Origin: Pirellulales bacterium
GTDB lineage: Bacteria; Planctomycetota; Planctomycetia; Pirellulales; JAICIG01
Assembly (NCBI GenBank): GCA_040901675.1
Contig: JBBDYJ010000013.1
Location: 80,536 to 144,535 of the forward strand
DNA length: 64,000 nucleotides
Reading direction: 5' to 3'
Shown here: positions 47,299 to 58,221 of the stretch, piece by piece
Position numbering within the stretch: the stretch's first letter is position 1
How the letters are laid out: every line of letters begins with the position of its first letter
The notes under the pieces: generated by a model
Databases searched by the model: none
The model's input: only the letters and a program-made list of their open reading frames with translations
What the model was told of the DNA's origin: nothing
Position numbers and translations under genes: made by a program

Positions 47299-48786
47299 CT
47301 AGTCCCACCACCAGGCATCATTGTCCGGCGGAGTCTGATTGCCGCGAATAGAGGTCAAGGCGTCGCTTGGCTCGATCGATTCCAGTGCCCCCCACGAATC
47401 GATCACGACTCCTCCCGAAACGCAGATCACCCAGTTGCCTCCCTTTCTCACAAAACTTGCCGCGGAAGGGACCCCTTGCGGCTCGGCAAATTCGGAGACC
47501 TTGACGGCGCTAGGGCCTGAGAGCAGTTCCAAGCGGCAACCCGCACGCTCGGCCAGATCGTGTTTGACCAGCAGGGCAGCGACGAGCGACAAATCGACCA
47601 GGTTGCGCAGCTCGCCGAACACGGGAATCTGCAACGACAGCTCGTCGTAGCGGGCGGTCATCTGATCGGCCCATTTCCGGGCAGCCGGGCTGGATCTGCC
47701 CGAGCGGGTTCTCGATCCATCGCCAGCCAACACGTCGTTCTCGGTCAGGGTTTTCACGCGGACCGCCCGCAGCTCCCACGCCAATCCCCGCGGGTCGACC
47801 AGCAGCGGCTCACAACGGGATGCCAGCCACCAGCGCGGCAAGAGATTCTGAATGCCGCGCGGCGAGGGCTTGAGCAGCTCCAGGTAGCTGGATAATCCTT
47901 CGACCGGCGATGGCTCGAAGTTCATCGCCAGCCGCTTCATGCGGAAATCGGCCGTGACCAGCACGCGGGCGAAGTGGCTGGTGGCCGGCACACCCTGGAT
48001 GCTGATCGTTTGGGGGCCCAGTTGCTCCTCGATGCCGCGGATGGTTGGTTCGTCGGGCACCGTCGAGCGAAGCCTTGGCACGAGCTGCTGCAGCCGGCGC
48101 AATCCTTCCGCCGTCGGGTCGATCGAGCACGAAATGCCTCCCTGGGCCGCCTGCCGGGCCGTCCGCAAGGCCACTACCAGGTCGTCCAGCAGCAATACTG
48201 GGCGTCCACTGGATATACCCACGATGTGTCCCGCGGCATCGACTCGCCATCCTTCGGCTGGTCCGGCCAGGACGATATCGTTCTGCTCGGGATAGACGAG
48301 CACGTACCGGATGCTTTGCAGACCGGCCAGGCACTGGACGCAATCGCTGAGGGGCACTCCCTGGCGGCGATGCTCATCGAGCAAGGCTTCCAGCCGGCCC
48401 AGCGAGATCTTGCGAAGGGGGCTGGCAGCGGCCAGCGTCGAGGGGATCTCTTCCAGCGCCTGGAGCCTGGCCTCCCGTAGCTGTCCCAACTCGTCGAGCT
48501 CGACTTCGCCCAGCATGCCCTGGGGATCGACCAGCACGCCCCCGACGGCCCCCCCGCGCACCACCGGCCGAACGCCAATGACAAACGGGCTGAGCTCGAC
48601 GGCGCCGATGGTGCCCTGAGCCAAGGCATGTCCCGGCACCCACGAACCGCACACCATGCACATCAACCAGAAGCCAGGGAGCAGAGTCGAGACGGCGGGG
48701 ACACGAGAAGCATCAGGCGGGCGCTGTTCTGGTCTGCGGCGCGCGGCCACCTGGTTTCTCGCGCGCGGCGATCTGGTCTGGGGCAT
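47299..48786 (-). CDS. DUF1598 domain protein
   Basis: LRKISL, LAGLQSIRYV, IVLAGPAEGW, CSIDPT, ADFRMKRLAM, RWW, SGGV; start uncertain. Confidence 0.85.
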   Translation of the reverse strand: MPQTRSPRARNQVAARRRPEQRPPDASRVPAVSTLLPGFWLMCMVCGSWVPGHALAQGTIGAVELSPFVIGVRPVVRGGAVGGVLVDPQGMLGEVELDELGQLREARLQALEEIPSTLAAASPLRKISLGRLEALLDEHRRQGVPLSDCVQCLAGLQSIRYVLVYPEQNDIVLAGPAEGWRVDAAGHIVGISSGRPVLLLDDLVVALRTARQAAQGGISCSIDPTAEGLRRLQQLVPRLRSTVPDEPTIRGIEEQLGPQTISIQGVPATSHFARVLVTADFRMKRLAMNFEPSPVEGLSSYLELLKPSPRGIQNLLPRWWLASRCEPLLVDPRGLAWELRAVRVKTLTENDVLAGDGSRTRSGRSSPAARKWADQMTARYDELSLQIPVFGELRNLVDLSLVAALLVKHDLAERAGCRLELLSGPSAVKVSEFAEPQGVPSAASFVRKGGNWVICVSGGVVIDSWGALESIEPSDALTSIRGNQTPPDNDAWWWD

Positions 48787-48796
48787 CGTTGCCTCA

Positions 48797-49624
48797 TCAT
48801 TCCTGGTTTGGCCCGTGGGCGGTGACCCGGAGGGGCGTTTCGAACTGTGTTTCCTGGCCACTCACCTTATCCAAGACCGAGATCCGCAGCTTGAAATCCC
48901 CCGCTCGGTTCAGCACCATCTGCCCGCTGAACGTAAGAAAGGGCGCCTGCTTGACCACGTTGGGATCCTCGTTGACCAGGGTGGCCTTGATTGGCTGGGG
49001 CATCATCGGCTGGTCGTTGCCATCCAGCACCTGCACCTGCATTTCGGCGTCGATGCGATCTTGCGAACGGTCGAATCCAATGGCCTTGAGCCTGAAAAAC
49101 AAGGTCTGGCTGGTGATGCCGCCCGCGGGGGCGGCGACTTTGTATTCGGCATCGTAGGCAAATCGCGGGCTGACGATGGCGAATTGTGCCTTCTTGAACT
49201 GAAACTCGCGGCGGAAATTGGCTTCTTCGCCGGACAGAGTGTCCTTGACGATCACTTCAAGCGTGTAGGTGCCGGGCGGCAGTTGGTCGCCCAATTCCAC
49301 GGCAGCCGTACCGGGCAGCTCGTTGCCCCCGAGCGCCAAAACACCGGTCACGGGAGTGGTATCCGAGAACAGCTCGCTGCCGTCCTTTTCGAGCACCTTG
49401 ATGGTCACCGACGGGCTCGCCTCGCCTTGGTCGCTGACCTTCGCGCCGGAGATCATGAACCGGAAGAACAACTCGTCGTGCGGAAAGACATCCAGCGTCT
49501 CGCGTTGGGGTCCCAGCGGGCCGTGCGAGGCTTGAATCTCGCCGAGCTTCAGTTCCGCTTGGGCGCTCGTCGAGCTCGCCGTGACGCAGGCAACTCCCAA
49601 CAGCCAGGCTGCAATACTTCGCAT
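48797..49624 (-). CDS. Hypothetical secreted beta-rich protein
   Basis: Signal peptide and two Ig-like repeats ending PGTYTLEVIVKD / AGDFKLRISVLD. Confidence 0.75.
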   Translation of the reverse strand: MRSIAAWLLGVACVTASSTSAQAELKLGEIQASHGPLGPQRETLDVFPHDELFFRFMISGAKVSDQGEASPSVTIKVLEKDGSELFSDTTPVTGVLALGGNELPGTAAVELGDQLPPGTYTLEVIVKDTLSGEEANFRREFQFKKAQFAIVSPRFAYDAEYKVAAPAGGITSQTLFFRLKAIGFDRSQDRIDAEMQVQVLDGNDQPMMPQPIKATLVNEDPNVVKQAPFLTFSGQMVLNRAGDFKLRISVLDKVSGQETQFETPLRVTAHGPNQE

Positions 49625-49634
49625 TCTGCTCCCC

Positions 49635-50915
49635 TCATGGATTGAGCGTTTCGGGCTTCCCGGAAATCTTCCTCAAGGCCCGCTGGGCCTGGTCGCGGAC
49701 GTCCCGGTCGCGGTCGCTGTTGATCACCTTGCGCAGCGCGGACGCGGCATCCTTGGCCCCCGGTCCGATATTGGCCAACGCCCTGGCCGCGCTCCAGCGG
49801 ACGGGCCACTGCGGATGCTCCAGGGCCTTGGCCAAAGCCGGCACGACGTCGTTGTTCACCGGCCCGATCGCACCCAGGGCTTCGGCCGCCATCGCCGCGA
49901 CGTCCCCGTCGCCGTCTTCCAATGCCGCAACCAGCGATCGAACGCCATCGGCAGCTTGCGAGCCCATGTCGCGCAGCGCGCGGGCCGCCAGCCAACGGGA
50001 GTGAGCGTCGCCGGAGCTCAGAGCACGGACTCGCTCGGCAGTCCTGGCATTCAGAACGCCGCGGCCATTACTCGATGCCGAGGCCGGATCCGACCTCGCC
50101 GAAGATGGCTCTTCACGCGCGCTGTTTTCGGCATCGGCGACTGCCTTTTCAGCGGGCGGTTGAGCCGGTTTCTCCGGCATGAGAGCCGTGAAATCGGGCC
50201 CCTCGAAGATCGGCTCGCTCGGCTTGTCCTGCTTGAGGGTGCCGTTTTGGGCAAGCTGCCGGCTTTCGCCCGGAGTTGGGCTCGGTTCGTTTCGTGCTCG
50301 GCCCGCTTGGCCGCGATCGCTTAAAAGCGCCAAGGCGATGGCGGCGAGCGACAATGCCGCCACGACTCCCGCCGCGGCGCCCCAGGGGCCAAACGATCGC
50401 TTCCGCCGCACCTGCATCGAGGGGAGTTTTCTCAGCGACTGCCGTCCCAGCCGGCCGCTGACGCGGGCTGGGGCCTCAGGCGGTCCCTGGGAGGCGAACA
50501 ACTGTTCCAAGTTCGGGTCGAGCTTCTTGCCTGGCGACGGCGGAGGCACGGACGGCGCTCGTTGGACCAACCGGGCGCGCTGGGCTTCGCGGAACGGCTC
50601 GGTCAGGTTGGGCATCCGCCGCGGCAACGACTGGGCCTGCGTGCGCCTGAGAGCCGCGTCATACGCGGCCCGCCGGGCAGGGTCGAGCAGGCAGACCTGA
50701 GCGGCCGTGATCTCCTGGAGAATCCGGGTCGCCTCCTGGGAGTGCCGGCTGGCTGAGAAATTACGGATGTACGCGCTCACCCTGGCCACGGCCGCCGCTA
50801 TCACGGCCTGGTCGTGTTCGTCAGGCGAAATGCCCAGCAGTTGGTAGTGAGTCGCAGGACGCTGGTCTTCCGGAATTCCGAGCCATTTGTGGTATGGGTC
50901 GAATGTGTCGGCCAT
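49635..50915 (-). CDS. J-domain-like N-terminus + TM + HEAT repeat protein
   Basis: FDPYHKWLGIP..HYQLLG..LLDPARRAAYD; central TM; AARALANIG HEAT repeats. Confidence 0.8.
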   Translation of the reverse strand: MADTFDPYHKWLGIPEDQRPATHYQLLGISPDEHDQAVIAAAVARVSAYIRNFSASRHSQEATRILQEITAAQVCLLDPARRAAYDAALRRTQAQSLPRRMPNLTEPFREAQRARLVQRAPSVPPPSPGKKLDPNLEQLFASQGPPEAPARVSGRLGRQSLRKLPSMQVRRKRSFGPWGAAAGVVAALSLAAIALALLSDRGQAGRARNEPSPTPGESRQLAQNGTLKQDKPSEPIFEGPDFTALMPEKPAQPPAEKAVADAENSAREEPSSARSDPASASSNGRGVLNARTAERVRALSSGDAHSRWLAARALRDMGSQAADGVRSLVAALEDGDGDVAAMAAEALGAIGPVNNDVVPALAKALEHPQWPVRWSAARALANIGPGAKDAASALRKVINSDRDRDVRDQAQRALRKISGKPETLNP

Positions 50916-51100
50916 GGTCGCCCCCCAGATTTGGCACAACAGGTACCATCGACCAGTCAGCCTACCGCGCGAGCGCAAGCGTGCAAAGTGATATTCATGG
51001 ACGAACCAGGGCCGAAATGCTATCTAAGTGGTGGCGGCGGCCGGCGAAAGTGCCGCCGCAATGCTATTGAAAGCTCCATCCGCAACCCGCGTGTTGGAGC

Positions 51101-51235
51101 ATCGACGAGGGGGACATCCTGGCGGCCGCCCGCCACCTGCAGGGGCTGGAGCGGCTGGATCAGATCAAGTACGCCGTGCTGGAGCGCAACGGCGGCATCA
51201 CCATCATTCCTCAACCGGGCGCCGGCCGGCGCTAG
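51101..51235 (+). pseudogene. C-terminal relic of a DUF421/YetF protein
   Basis: [37 protein letters not shown]; in-frame stop at 51068 and no start codon. Confidence 0.65.
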
Positions 51236-52596
51236 TTGGACACCGGCTGCGTGATGGCCGGCCGATACTCCTGCGGCGTGTCGAGGACCTGCGTGAAATA
51301 GCTCTTGACGACCCGGTCGAAATAGTCGGGCCGCATCTCGAACGGCAGGTCGTTGTAGGCGGCGTAGGCGCGGATCTGGCTCAACAGGTCGCGGGGATGG
51401 CAGCGCCGCAGGCAGCGGCCGATCGGCCGGTAGTGAGTTGCCAAGAGGTACTCGACCATCTCGCGGCGGTACTCGCAGCCCAGGTTGGGCGCACAGCGCT
51501 CGAAAAGCCGATGGAACTCCTCTTCGCCCGGGTCGGCGATATTCACCTTGTACGGGATCCGCCGCAGGAAAGCCTCGTCCACCAGGTCCTTGGGCTCCAG
51601 GTTGGTGGAAAAGATGATGAGCTGCTCGAACGGCACCTGGATTTTTTTGCCCGAGGCCAGGGTGAGAAAGTCGTACCGCTTTTCGAGGGGCACGATCCAG
51701 CGGTTGAGAAGCTCTTGGGGCTCCATCCGCTGGCGTCCGAAGTCGTCGATCAGCAGCGAACCGCAGTTGCTCTTGAGCTGCAGCGGCGCTTCGCTGACGT
51801 TGCTGTGGTGATCGTGCCTGATCTCCAGGCTGTCCATGGTCAATTCGCCGCCGGCCACCACCGTGGGACGGCGGACCTTGATCCACCGCCGGTCGTGCCC
51901 GTTTTCCTTCAAAAAGGTCTGCTCCGAGCCCTTCAACGCCTCGTGGTACGCCGGGTCGTACAGCTTGATCAACTGGCCGTCTTCGATCAGCGTCCTGGGG
52001 ATCCACACGTGCTGTCCGAAGCAGCGCGTGATCCGCTCGGCCAGCGTGGTCTTGCCGTTGCCCGGCGCCCCATACAGGAACAGCCCGGCGCCCGAGTTCA
52101 CCGCCGGACCCAAGCTGTCGAACACGCTGGGATCCGTGGTGATATCCTCGAACGCTTGTTCCAGTTGCGCCCGCTTGGGAGCCTCGGCTCGGACCGCCTG
52201 CGCTTCGACCGACAGCACGTATTCAATCAACGGCACGGGCGCCGGGCCCACGTAAGAGCAAACCTCCATGAATCCCTGGGCCCTCTGCCGGCCCTGGTCG
52301 GTAAGGGCATAGTAATAGTCGTTCAGCGGCGCCGACCCGGTGTGGGCCATGAACTGCCGCGTCCGCAGTCGAGCCAGTACCCCCTCGATCACCCCGTAGG
52401 GGAGGCAAATATGGTCGGCGATGCCTCGCCCGCTGGCCGTGCCGACGACCGAAAGATATTTCGACACCAGCGAGTCGACTAGCGAATCGCTGATGCCCGC
52501 GTCTTCCAGCGAGCCCGGTTCGGCCGGGTGGAACACGTCCTCCGAGAGGATCGTGGCCAGCAGATTCGGCGTTTCAGGCAGTGCCGTTGTAACCAT
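51232..52596 (-). CDS. AAA+ family ATPase with an N-terminal winged-helix-like region
   Basis: [39 protein letters not shown]. Confidence 0.85.
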   Translation of the reverse strand: MVTTALPETPNLLATILSEDVFHPAEPGSLEDAGISDSLVDSLVSKYLSVVGTASGRGIADHICLPYGVIEGVLARLRTRQFMAHTGSAPLNDYYYALTDQGRQRAQGFMEVCSYVGPAPVPLIEYVLSVEAQAVRAEAPKRAQLEQAFEDITTDPSVFDSLGPAVNSGAGLFLYGAPGNGKTTLAERITRCFGQHVWIPRTLIEDGQLIKLYDPAYHEALKGSEQTFLKENGHDRRWIKVRRPTVVAGGELTMDSLEIRHDHHSNVSEAPLQLKSNCGSLLIDDFGRQRMEPQELLNRWIVPLEKRYDFLTLASGKKIQVPFEQLIIFSTNLEPKDLVDEAFLRRIPYKVNIADPGEEEFHRLFERCAPNLGCEYRREMVEYLLATHYRPIGRCLRRCHPRDLLSQIRAYAAYNDLPFEMRPDYFDRVVKSYFTQVLDTPQEYRPAITQPVSN

Positions 52597-52703
52597 CGTC
52601 GTCGGGACCCCTCGTGGACCGTGGAACCGTGAACAACCGCACTTGCCCCGCCTGCTTCTGTCGAGGCAAGTGCCATGGAAAGTCTAGGGCGCGTTTGAAC
52701 CGG

Positions 52704-53174
52704 TCAGCGGCTGGGGTCCACCGGATCGGACGGCACGTCGATCACCTTATCGGAGTCGTAATCGAACGCCGGGCCGTCGTCCCGGCGGGCGCTGCCCTGG
52801 GACCGCATGGGCACAAAGCGGGCCTTCAGTCGCCGCGCGAACTGCCGCTTGACCAGGCCGCGGACAGGCGGAACCAGCAACAGGAACCCCGCCAGATCGG
52901 TCAACAGGCCGGGCGAGACCAACAACGCCGCCGCCGTCATCACCAGCACGCCGTCCTGCAGCGAGTCGGCCGGCAGGCGGCCCTGGCCGAGTTCGTCCTG
53001 GATCCGCCGCCAAACCCGCCATCCCTGCCGCCGCGCCAGGGCGGCGCCCAGGAGGCCGGTGGCCAGGATCACCAACACGGTCAGTTTCCAATCCGTCAGA
53101 TCGCTCAACCAAAGGAGCAGCGCCAGCTCGACCAGCGGGACGACGGTAAACAACAGCAGCAATCGCCAAAGCAC
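52704..53174 (-). CDS. fxsA: FxsA family membrane protein
   Basis: LLFTVVPLVELALL..ARRQG..PGLLTDLAG. Confidence 0.88.
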   Translation of the reverse strand: MLWRLLLLFTVVPLVELALLLWLSDLTDWKLTVLVILATGLLGAALARRQGWRVWRRIQDELGQGRLPADSLQDGVLVMTAAALLVSPGLLTDLAGFLLLVPPVRGLVKRQFARRLKARFVPMRSQGSARRDDGPAFDYDSDKVIDVPSDPVDPSR

Positions 53175-53396
53175 GCGGCGGTTTCTCCCGGATGTGGCAG
53201 CGCAAGGCCCGTCGTGCGCGATTATACCGCTTAAACGAGTGGGCCGGCTCGTAGGACTCGCGCAGGCCGGCCTGGTCGGCCACTGGGCGAGCGCGACGGC
53301 GAAGCTATGCTTTCGGCGGCATCCCAACGATGCGGACCTCCGGCGCATCTCGGCGGTGGACCGGGGCCGGTTTACACGCCCATGGCAGGTGAAGCG

Positions 53397-55487
53397 ATGG
53401 CGGCGCGGACGACGCCTGGTGAACCAGCATCAGCGGGGCCTCTTCAGTGGCCGCTGGTGGTACTGATCGCCGTCGGCGCACTGGTCTACTTTGCCGTAGC
53501 AACGCTGGGGTTGCAGTTGGCCAGCCTGCAAGGCAACGTATCGCCGGTTTGGCCTACCAGCGGCCTGGCGCTGGCCGCGGCGCTGTTGTGGGGCAATCGG
53601 GTCTGGCCGGCCGTTGCGCTGGGAGCTTTCGCCGCCAACGCGTTGACACCCATTCCCCTGGCCGCGGCGGCCTCGATTGCGGCCGGCAACACGGCCGAAG
53701 CCTTGATCAGCGCGTCGATCCTGCGCCGCTGGTTGGCGCCGTGCCCGTTCCAGCGCGCGGGCGAGGCGCTGCGGTTGGTGGTGGCGGCCGGGCTGGGAGC
53801 AGCGGCCAGCGCCAGTGTCGGGGTGGGCAGCCTGCTAGTGGCCGCCGAGGCGCAATGGCCGGATTCGGCGGCCTTGTGGCGCACGTGGTGGGTGGGCGAC
53901 CTGCTCGGCATGCTGGTGCTGACGCCGGCAATCCTGATCTGGACCCGGGCGCCTGTGGGCCGCGCGACCCTGGCGGCGAGCCGCGAGGCATTGGCCTTGT
54001 TGTTCACGGGCGGCGGAATAACGGCCGCCGTGTTTCTTTCGAGCCAGCGACCGCTGGAGTGCGCGGTCTTTCCGTTCTTGGTGTGGGCTGCGCTGCGGTT
54101 CGGGGCGCGGGGGGTGACCGCCGCGGCCTTGGTCGTGTATGGCATCAGCGTTTGGGGGACGGCGCGCGGTTGTGGTCCGTTTGCCGGGGGCTCGCTCAAC
54201 GAGAGTCTTTTGTACTTGCAGTGCTTTGTCGCCACGGTGGCCATCATTTCGCTGGAGCTGGCGGCGGTCGTCCACCAATGGACCAGCGCCCAAGCGTCGC
54301 TGCGCGAGAGCGAGGAGCGCTTTCGGGCTTTTATGGACAACAGCCCCGCGATGGCCTTCATGAAGGACGACCGCGGGCGCTGGACCTACCTGAACAGGCC
54401 CTTGCAATCGCTGTTCGAGAATCGCCAACTGCTGGGCAAAACGAACGAGGAGTCGTTTCCCAGCCAGGTGGCGCGGCGGCTCGACGAGCACGATCGGTCG
54501 GCGCTGGCGGGGGGCAGGCCGGTGGAGCGGATCGAAACGATCCCGCTGGCGGACGGCTCCAGCCGCGATTGGCTGGTGTTCAGGTTTCCGATCCCCGCCG
54601 CCGATGGAAGGAAGTTCCTGGGCGGCGTGGCCGTCGACGTCACGCACCGCCAACGGGTCGAGGAGGCGCTGCGGCAGCAGACCGAACAACTCCAAGAGGC
54701 CCGCCTGCGGGCCGAGGCGGCCAACCAGGCAAAGAGCCGGTTTCTGGCGAACATGAGCCACGAGATTCGCACGCCCATGACGGCCATCCTGGGATTTGCC
54801 GACCAGTTGCTCGACGAGCTCGACCCGGCCGTCGTGCCGGACGAGCACGTGTCGGCCGTGCAGACGATCAAGCGCAATGGCGAGCATCTGCTGACCATTC
54901 TCAACGACATCCTGGACCTTTCGAAGATCGAAGCGGGCAAGCTGACGATCGAATGCCGGCCGGTATCGCCATGGCAGATCGCGGCCGAGGTCGTCGACTT
55001 GCTGGCGCCCAAGGCGCGGGACAAAGGCCTCTGGTTGGAGCTTCTCAGCGAGGGCCCGCTGCCACAAACGATCGTGACCGACTCCACGCGGTTGCGCGAG
55101 ATCCTGTTGAACGTGGTCGGCAACGCAACCAAGTTCACGCTGGCCGGCGGCATCCGCCTGGTGCTGCGGCCGCTGGCTCGGCCCAACGGCAAGCGTCCAT
55201 GGATCGAGTTCGAATGCACCGACACGGGCATCGGCATGACCGCCGAGCAGATTTCCGGGCTCTTCCAGCCGTTTTCCCAGGCGGATCCCTCCCACACCCG
55301 GCGGTTCGGCGGGACCGGCCTGGGACTGGCGATCAGCCGTCGCTTGGCCTGCATGTTGGGAGGCGACGTGACGGTCGAAAGCCGCCCGGGCGTGGGAAGC
55401 ACGTTCCGGATTACGATCGACACCGGCCCGCTCGACCAGGCACGGCTGGCCTTCGACTGCCAGCAGCCGGCCGCGGCAACCATCTGA
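53397..55487 (+). CDS. MASE1-PAS sensor histidine kinase
   Basis: [17 protein letters not shown]1, [28 protein letters not shown]. Confidence 0.92.
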   Translation: MAARTTPGEPASAGPLQWPLVVLIAVGALVYFAVATLGLQLASLQGNVSPVWPTSGLALAAALLWGNRVWPAVALGAFAANALTPIPLAAAASIAAGNTAEALISASILRRWLAPCPFQRAGEALRLVVAAGLGAAASASVGVGSLLVAAEAQWPDSAALWRTWWVGDLLGMLVLTPAILIWTRAPVGRATLAASREALALLFTGGGITAAVFLSSQRPLECAVFPFLVWAALRFGARGVTAAALVVYGISVWGTARGCGPFAGGSLNESLLYLQCFVATVAIISLELAAVVHQWTSAQASLRESEERFRAFMDNSPAMAFMKDDRGRWTYLNRPLQSLFENRQLLGKTNEESFPSQVARRLDEHDRSALAGGRPVERIETIPLADGSSRDWLVFRFPIPAADGRKFLGGVAVDVTHRQRVEEALRQQTEQLQEARLRAEAANQAKSRFLANMSHEIRTPMTAILGFADQLLDELDPAVVPDEHVSAVQTIKRNGEHLLTILNDILDLSKIEAGKLTIECRPVSPWQIAAEVVDLLAPKARDKGLWLELLSEGPLPQTIVTDSTRLREILLNVVGNATKFTLAGGIRLVLRPLARPNGKRPWIEFECTDTGIGMTAEQISGLFQPFSQADPSHTRRFGGTGLGLAISRRLACMLGGDVTVESRPGVGSTFRITIDTGPLDQARLAFDCQQPAAATI

Positions 55488-55546
55488 CGACGACTATCGG
55501 TCCGGGCCCACCGGCGGCGGCGACTTCGCGCGGGTCTGCGGGCAGC

Positions 55547-55939
55547 TCAAGTCAAAGGCTGCCGCGGCTGCGTGCTGAGCCCGGCTTCGCCGCGCGGCAG
55601 CCGTTTTAGCCCAGGCACCAGCGCTGCGATCCGCCGCAAGATTCCATTCTGCCCCTGCCGCCGGCGCATCACGGCCGGGTCTTCTCCCGCGCCCGCGTCG
55701 TGCTGGCGCAAGTAAGCCTGCGCCGTCTTGAATTCGTCGCTGTTGGCAAGCATCGAATGCTGCGTTCGCAACGTCAGGCCCCGGAGCATGTGCAGCAGCT
55801 CCGACTGCGCCTGTTGGCTCAGGGTGCGCTCTCGCTGAGCTTCGGCCTGCCAGTGGGCGGCCTCCGCCGAGTGCCGGGCCGAGATGGCTTCCAAGTCGAC
55901 AATCCGCCGCTGGTAATCGCGCCCGCGCTGGTCGGCCAT
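55547..55939 (-). CDS. Hypothetical protein
   Basis: 130-aa ORF with an AGGAG RBS and a coiled-coil-like N-terminus. Confidence 0.55.
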   Translation of the reverse strand: MADQRGRDYQRRIVDLEAISARHSAEAAHWQAEAQRERTLSQQAQSELLHMLRGLTLRTQHSMLANSDEFKTAQAYLRQHDAGAGEDPAVMRRRQGQNGILRRIAALVPGLKRLPRGEAGLSTQPRQPLT

Positions 55940-56133
55940 CGTGATACTCCTGTGCTAACAAACGGTTCCGTGCCTGGGCCGCCATGGCACCGTGGCCAGA
56001 CCGAACCGGATACCTAGTATGGCAGCCTGGCACGACGGCCGCAACGCCTTGGCGGCCGCAGTCGGGTGCGCACGTTCTGGCGGGGGCGACGAGCCGCGGC
56101 TCCGCGGCTGCTTGCACGACGGGGCTCAGAGCG

Positions 56134-56643
56134 CTAGCGGCGTATCTTGCTCATGCTGGGAGTGAGGCAGTGGCCTTTGGTGCGCGTGGCTTTGCAGCAA
56201 CGAGCCTTGTGCAACGATCGGGGCTCGGCGGGGCAAGCCGGGGCGCTCGGCATCACCGTCTCGCTGACCAACACCTCGACGACGTCGCCATGCTGGCGGT
56301 CCGACGTGCCGCACTGGGACGGGCAGCAATCCTGTCGCGCGTGCCGGTCGCGGTGTTTTCGGCACTTCAGCCAGCAGAGGGGGCCGCTGGCCGAGTGGCC
56401 GCAGCGATGGCAAGTGCGCTGCTCGTCGCAGTATCCATCCCAGACATCCTGGCAGCAGTTAAACGGGGACTCGCAGCAGCCGGCCCCGCCGGGCAACGCG
56501 GCCAGGCCCTCGTACAGCGGGGCGTGCGCGCTGTGCGTAAAACCGGCCGGGTTTTCCATGGTCGCATCGGTTGCTCGCCCATCCGCCAGGCAAACGCCCG
56601 CCGAGCCGACCAAGCAAACAGCAAGAGCCAATCGGAGCTTCAT
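56134..56643 (-). CDS. Hypothetical secreted Cys-rich protein
   Basis: Signal peptide; CCES..CCQDVWDGYC. Confidence 0.55.
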   Translation of the reverse strand: MKLRLALAVCLVGSAGVCLADGRATDATMENPAGFTHSAHAPLYEGLAALPGGAGCCESPFNCCQDVWDGYCDEQRTCHRCGHSASGPLCWLKCRKHRDRHARQDCCPSQCGTSDRQHGDVVEVLVSETVMPSAPACPAEPRSLHKARCCKATRTKGHCLTPSMSKIRR

Positions 56644-56940
56644 CTCGATCCCCCCTTTTCTTCCATGAACAGCGACGCAGCCGGCAAACCCGGCAACTCC
56701 GTTAAGACCGATCGACCCGCTACAATCGGCACAATCAACAATTCCTGTCGGCCATTACAACCGTCAAGGTCAAGCGTTTTCGGCGGAACCCGAAAAACCG
56801 GCCCGTTTTGCCGAGCTTAACAACCATGGCGTGCGACCGGACCGGCCTCATTGCGCCGCGCCGTTCATGGCCGGGCGCCAGGACTGCGTCACGCCGGACG
56901 AGCGGGTCGCCTCGGAGTAGACCAAGGTCCGGCGGCTCGA

Positions 56941-57020
56941 CAGCGGCTAGGCATTGCGGAGCGGACCGAGATCGAATTCTTCGACGGCGCGCACGCCATC
57001 CATGGCATCGGCACGGTGAG
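56941..57020 (+). pseudogene. Possible C-terminal relic of an alpha/beta hydrolase
   Basis: RLGIAERTEIEFFDGAHAIHGIGT resembles a catalytic-His tail. Confidence 0.35.
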
Positions 57021-57040
57021 GGTCACCCGCGGATTGTGGC

Positions 57041-57384
57041 TTAAGGCTCATCAGGGTCGAGAGCCTCGTTGATCTGTCTTCTCGACAAGTGACGCCGCTG
57101 TGCTCGGAGAATCCGCAACACGCGGACACGCTCCCCCTCGATCACATAGATGGCTCGGAAAACATTAGGACGAGCCCCGACGAGGAATTGGCGTGAATCT
57201 ACATTGAGCTTCTGATTCTCAGGCGCGCGTCCGCGTGCTCGGCGTTGGTTTCCAGAGTTTGCAGGGCCTCGTTGAACCGGCCCAGCCAACGTGACGCGGT
57301 ATGGGGGGCATGCTTCACAACCCAAGAGTAGGCGCCGTCAAGGTCCTCAAGCGCAAGCCGCTGGATGACAACGCGGCGTTTCAT
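57041..57384 (-). pseudogene. ParE/RelE toxin, frameshifted
   Basis: The N-half (ALEDLDGAYSW..RWL..LQTLE) and C-half (APEN..FRAIYVIEGERVRVLRILRAQR) are in different frames. Confidence 0.75.
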
Positions 57385-57620
57385 GCGTCCGACGCGGTCC
57401 GGTGCTTGGCGCGGATGAGATGGATGGCCTCGTCGAGCTCAACGCCCGGGTCGCCAGCCTGTAATTCCGCGAGCGCCTGGCGAATTGCCTCGATATCCGC
57501 TTCCGCGGCGGACAGGGATTCGAGGGCTTCGCGGAGAACATCATCCTCCGACTGGTATTTGCCCGACGCCATCTGGTCGCGCACCAAGCGTTCAACGTCG
57601 GGCGGAAACTCATATGGCAT
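57381..57620 (-). CDS. ParD-like (RHH) antitoxin
   Basis: VRDQMASGKYQSEDDVLREAL; ATGA overlap with the toxin gene. Confidence 0.85.
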   Translation of the reverse strand: MPYEFPPDVERLVRDQMASGKYQSEDDVLREALESLSAAEADIEAIRQALAELQAGDPGVELDEAIHLIRAKHRTASDA

Positions 57621-57844
57621 AGCAGGTCCTTCTTAATTGATTGTTTCGCTGTCGACCCGGCTAATCGTACCATGTCGGCTCGGCTCATGCCAACGTCGCC
57701 ACTCGACCCGCGGAAAGGCCGGGTCGCGGACGAGCGCGCAGCCGGCCACCACCTGGATCGAGACCAGCCAGCCGATGCAATCGAGGCAGATTCATCGCCT
57801 GTCTCGCTTTATTACCATAGAATAACCGCGCGGCGGGAAAGAAT

Positions 57845-58165
57845 ATGGATGCAGTGTGCTCAATTCCCAGGGTTCAGTTCAGCCTGCGAATGCTGTTCGT
57901 GGCGACGACCACCTGCGCGGTGGCGTTCGCCGTCATGGCCCGCTCGCATCTCGACACCGTGCGTGTGTTGGCCGGTTGCGTCCCTTCCTTCTGGCTGGGC
58001 TTGGGCTGCCTGGTGGCCGCCGACGCCCTGCCGCTGAAGGAGCGTGCCGCGTTCGGTTGCCTGGCCGCCACGATGGTCGGACTGGGGATGGTCATCCTCT
58101 GCACGTCGGTCATCATTGCCCTGCACCTTTTGCCGGCGGCCGCTCTCGAACTGCTTCTTGGCTAG
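57845..58165 (+). CDS. Hypothetical membrane protein
   Basis: QFSLRMLF planctomycete-type N-terminus and 3 TMs. Confidence 0.65.
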   Translation: MDAVCSIPRVQFSLRMLFVATTTCAVAFAVMARSHLDTVRVLAGCVPSFWLGLGCLVAADALPLKERAAFGCLAATMVGLGMVILCTSVIIALHLLPAAALELLLG

Positions 58166-58221
58166 CCCATCCCCCCTTGCCGGTGTCAGGTTCCCCCCGG
58201 CAGCGGGCAATAATTAGTGCA

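Noticed and set aside
51232..52596. Displaced CpaF/TadA motor ATPase
   Set aside because: AAA+ type motifs rather than VirB11/PilT motifs (no RPDR or TxHA box)
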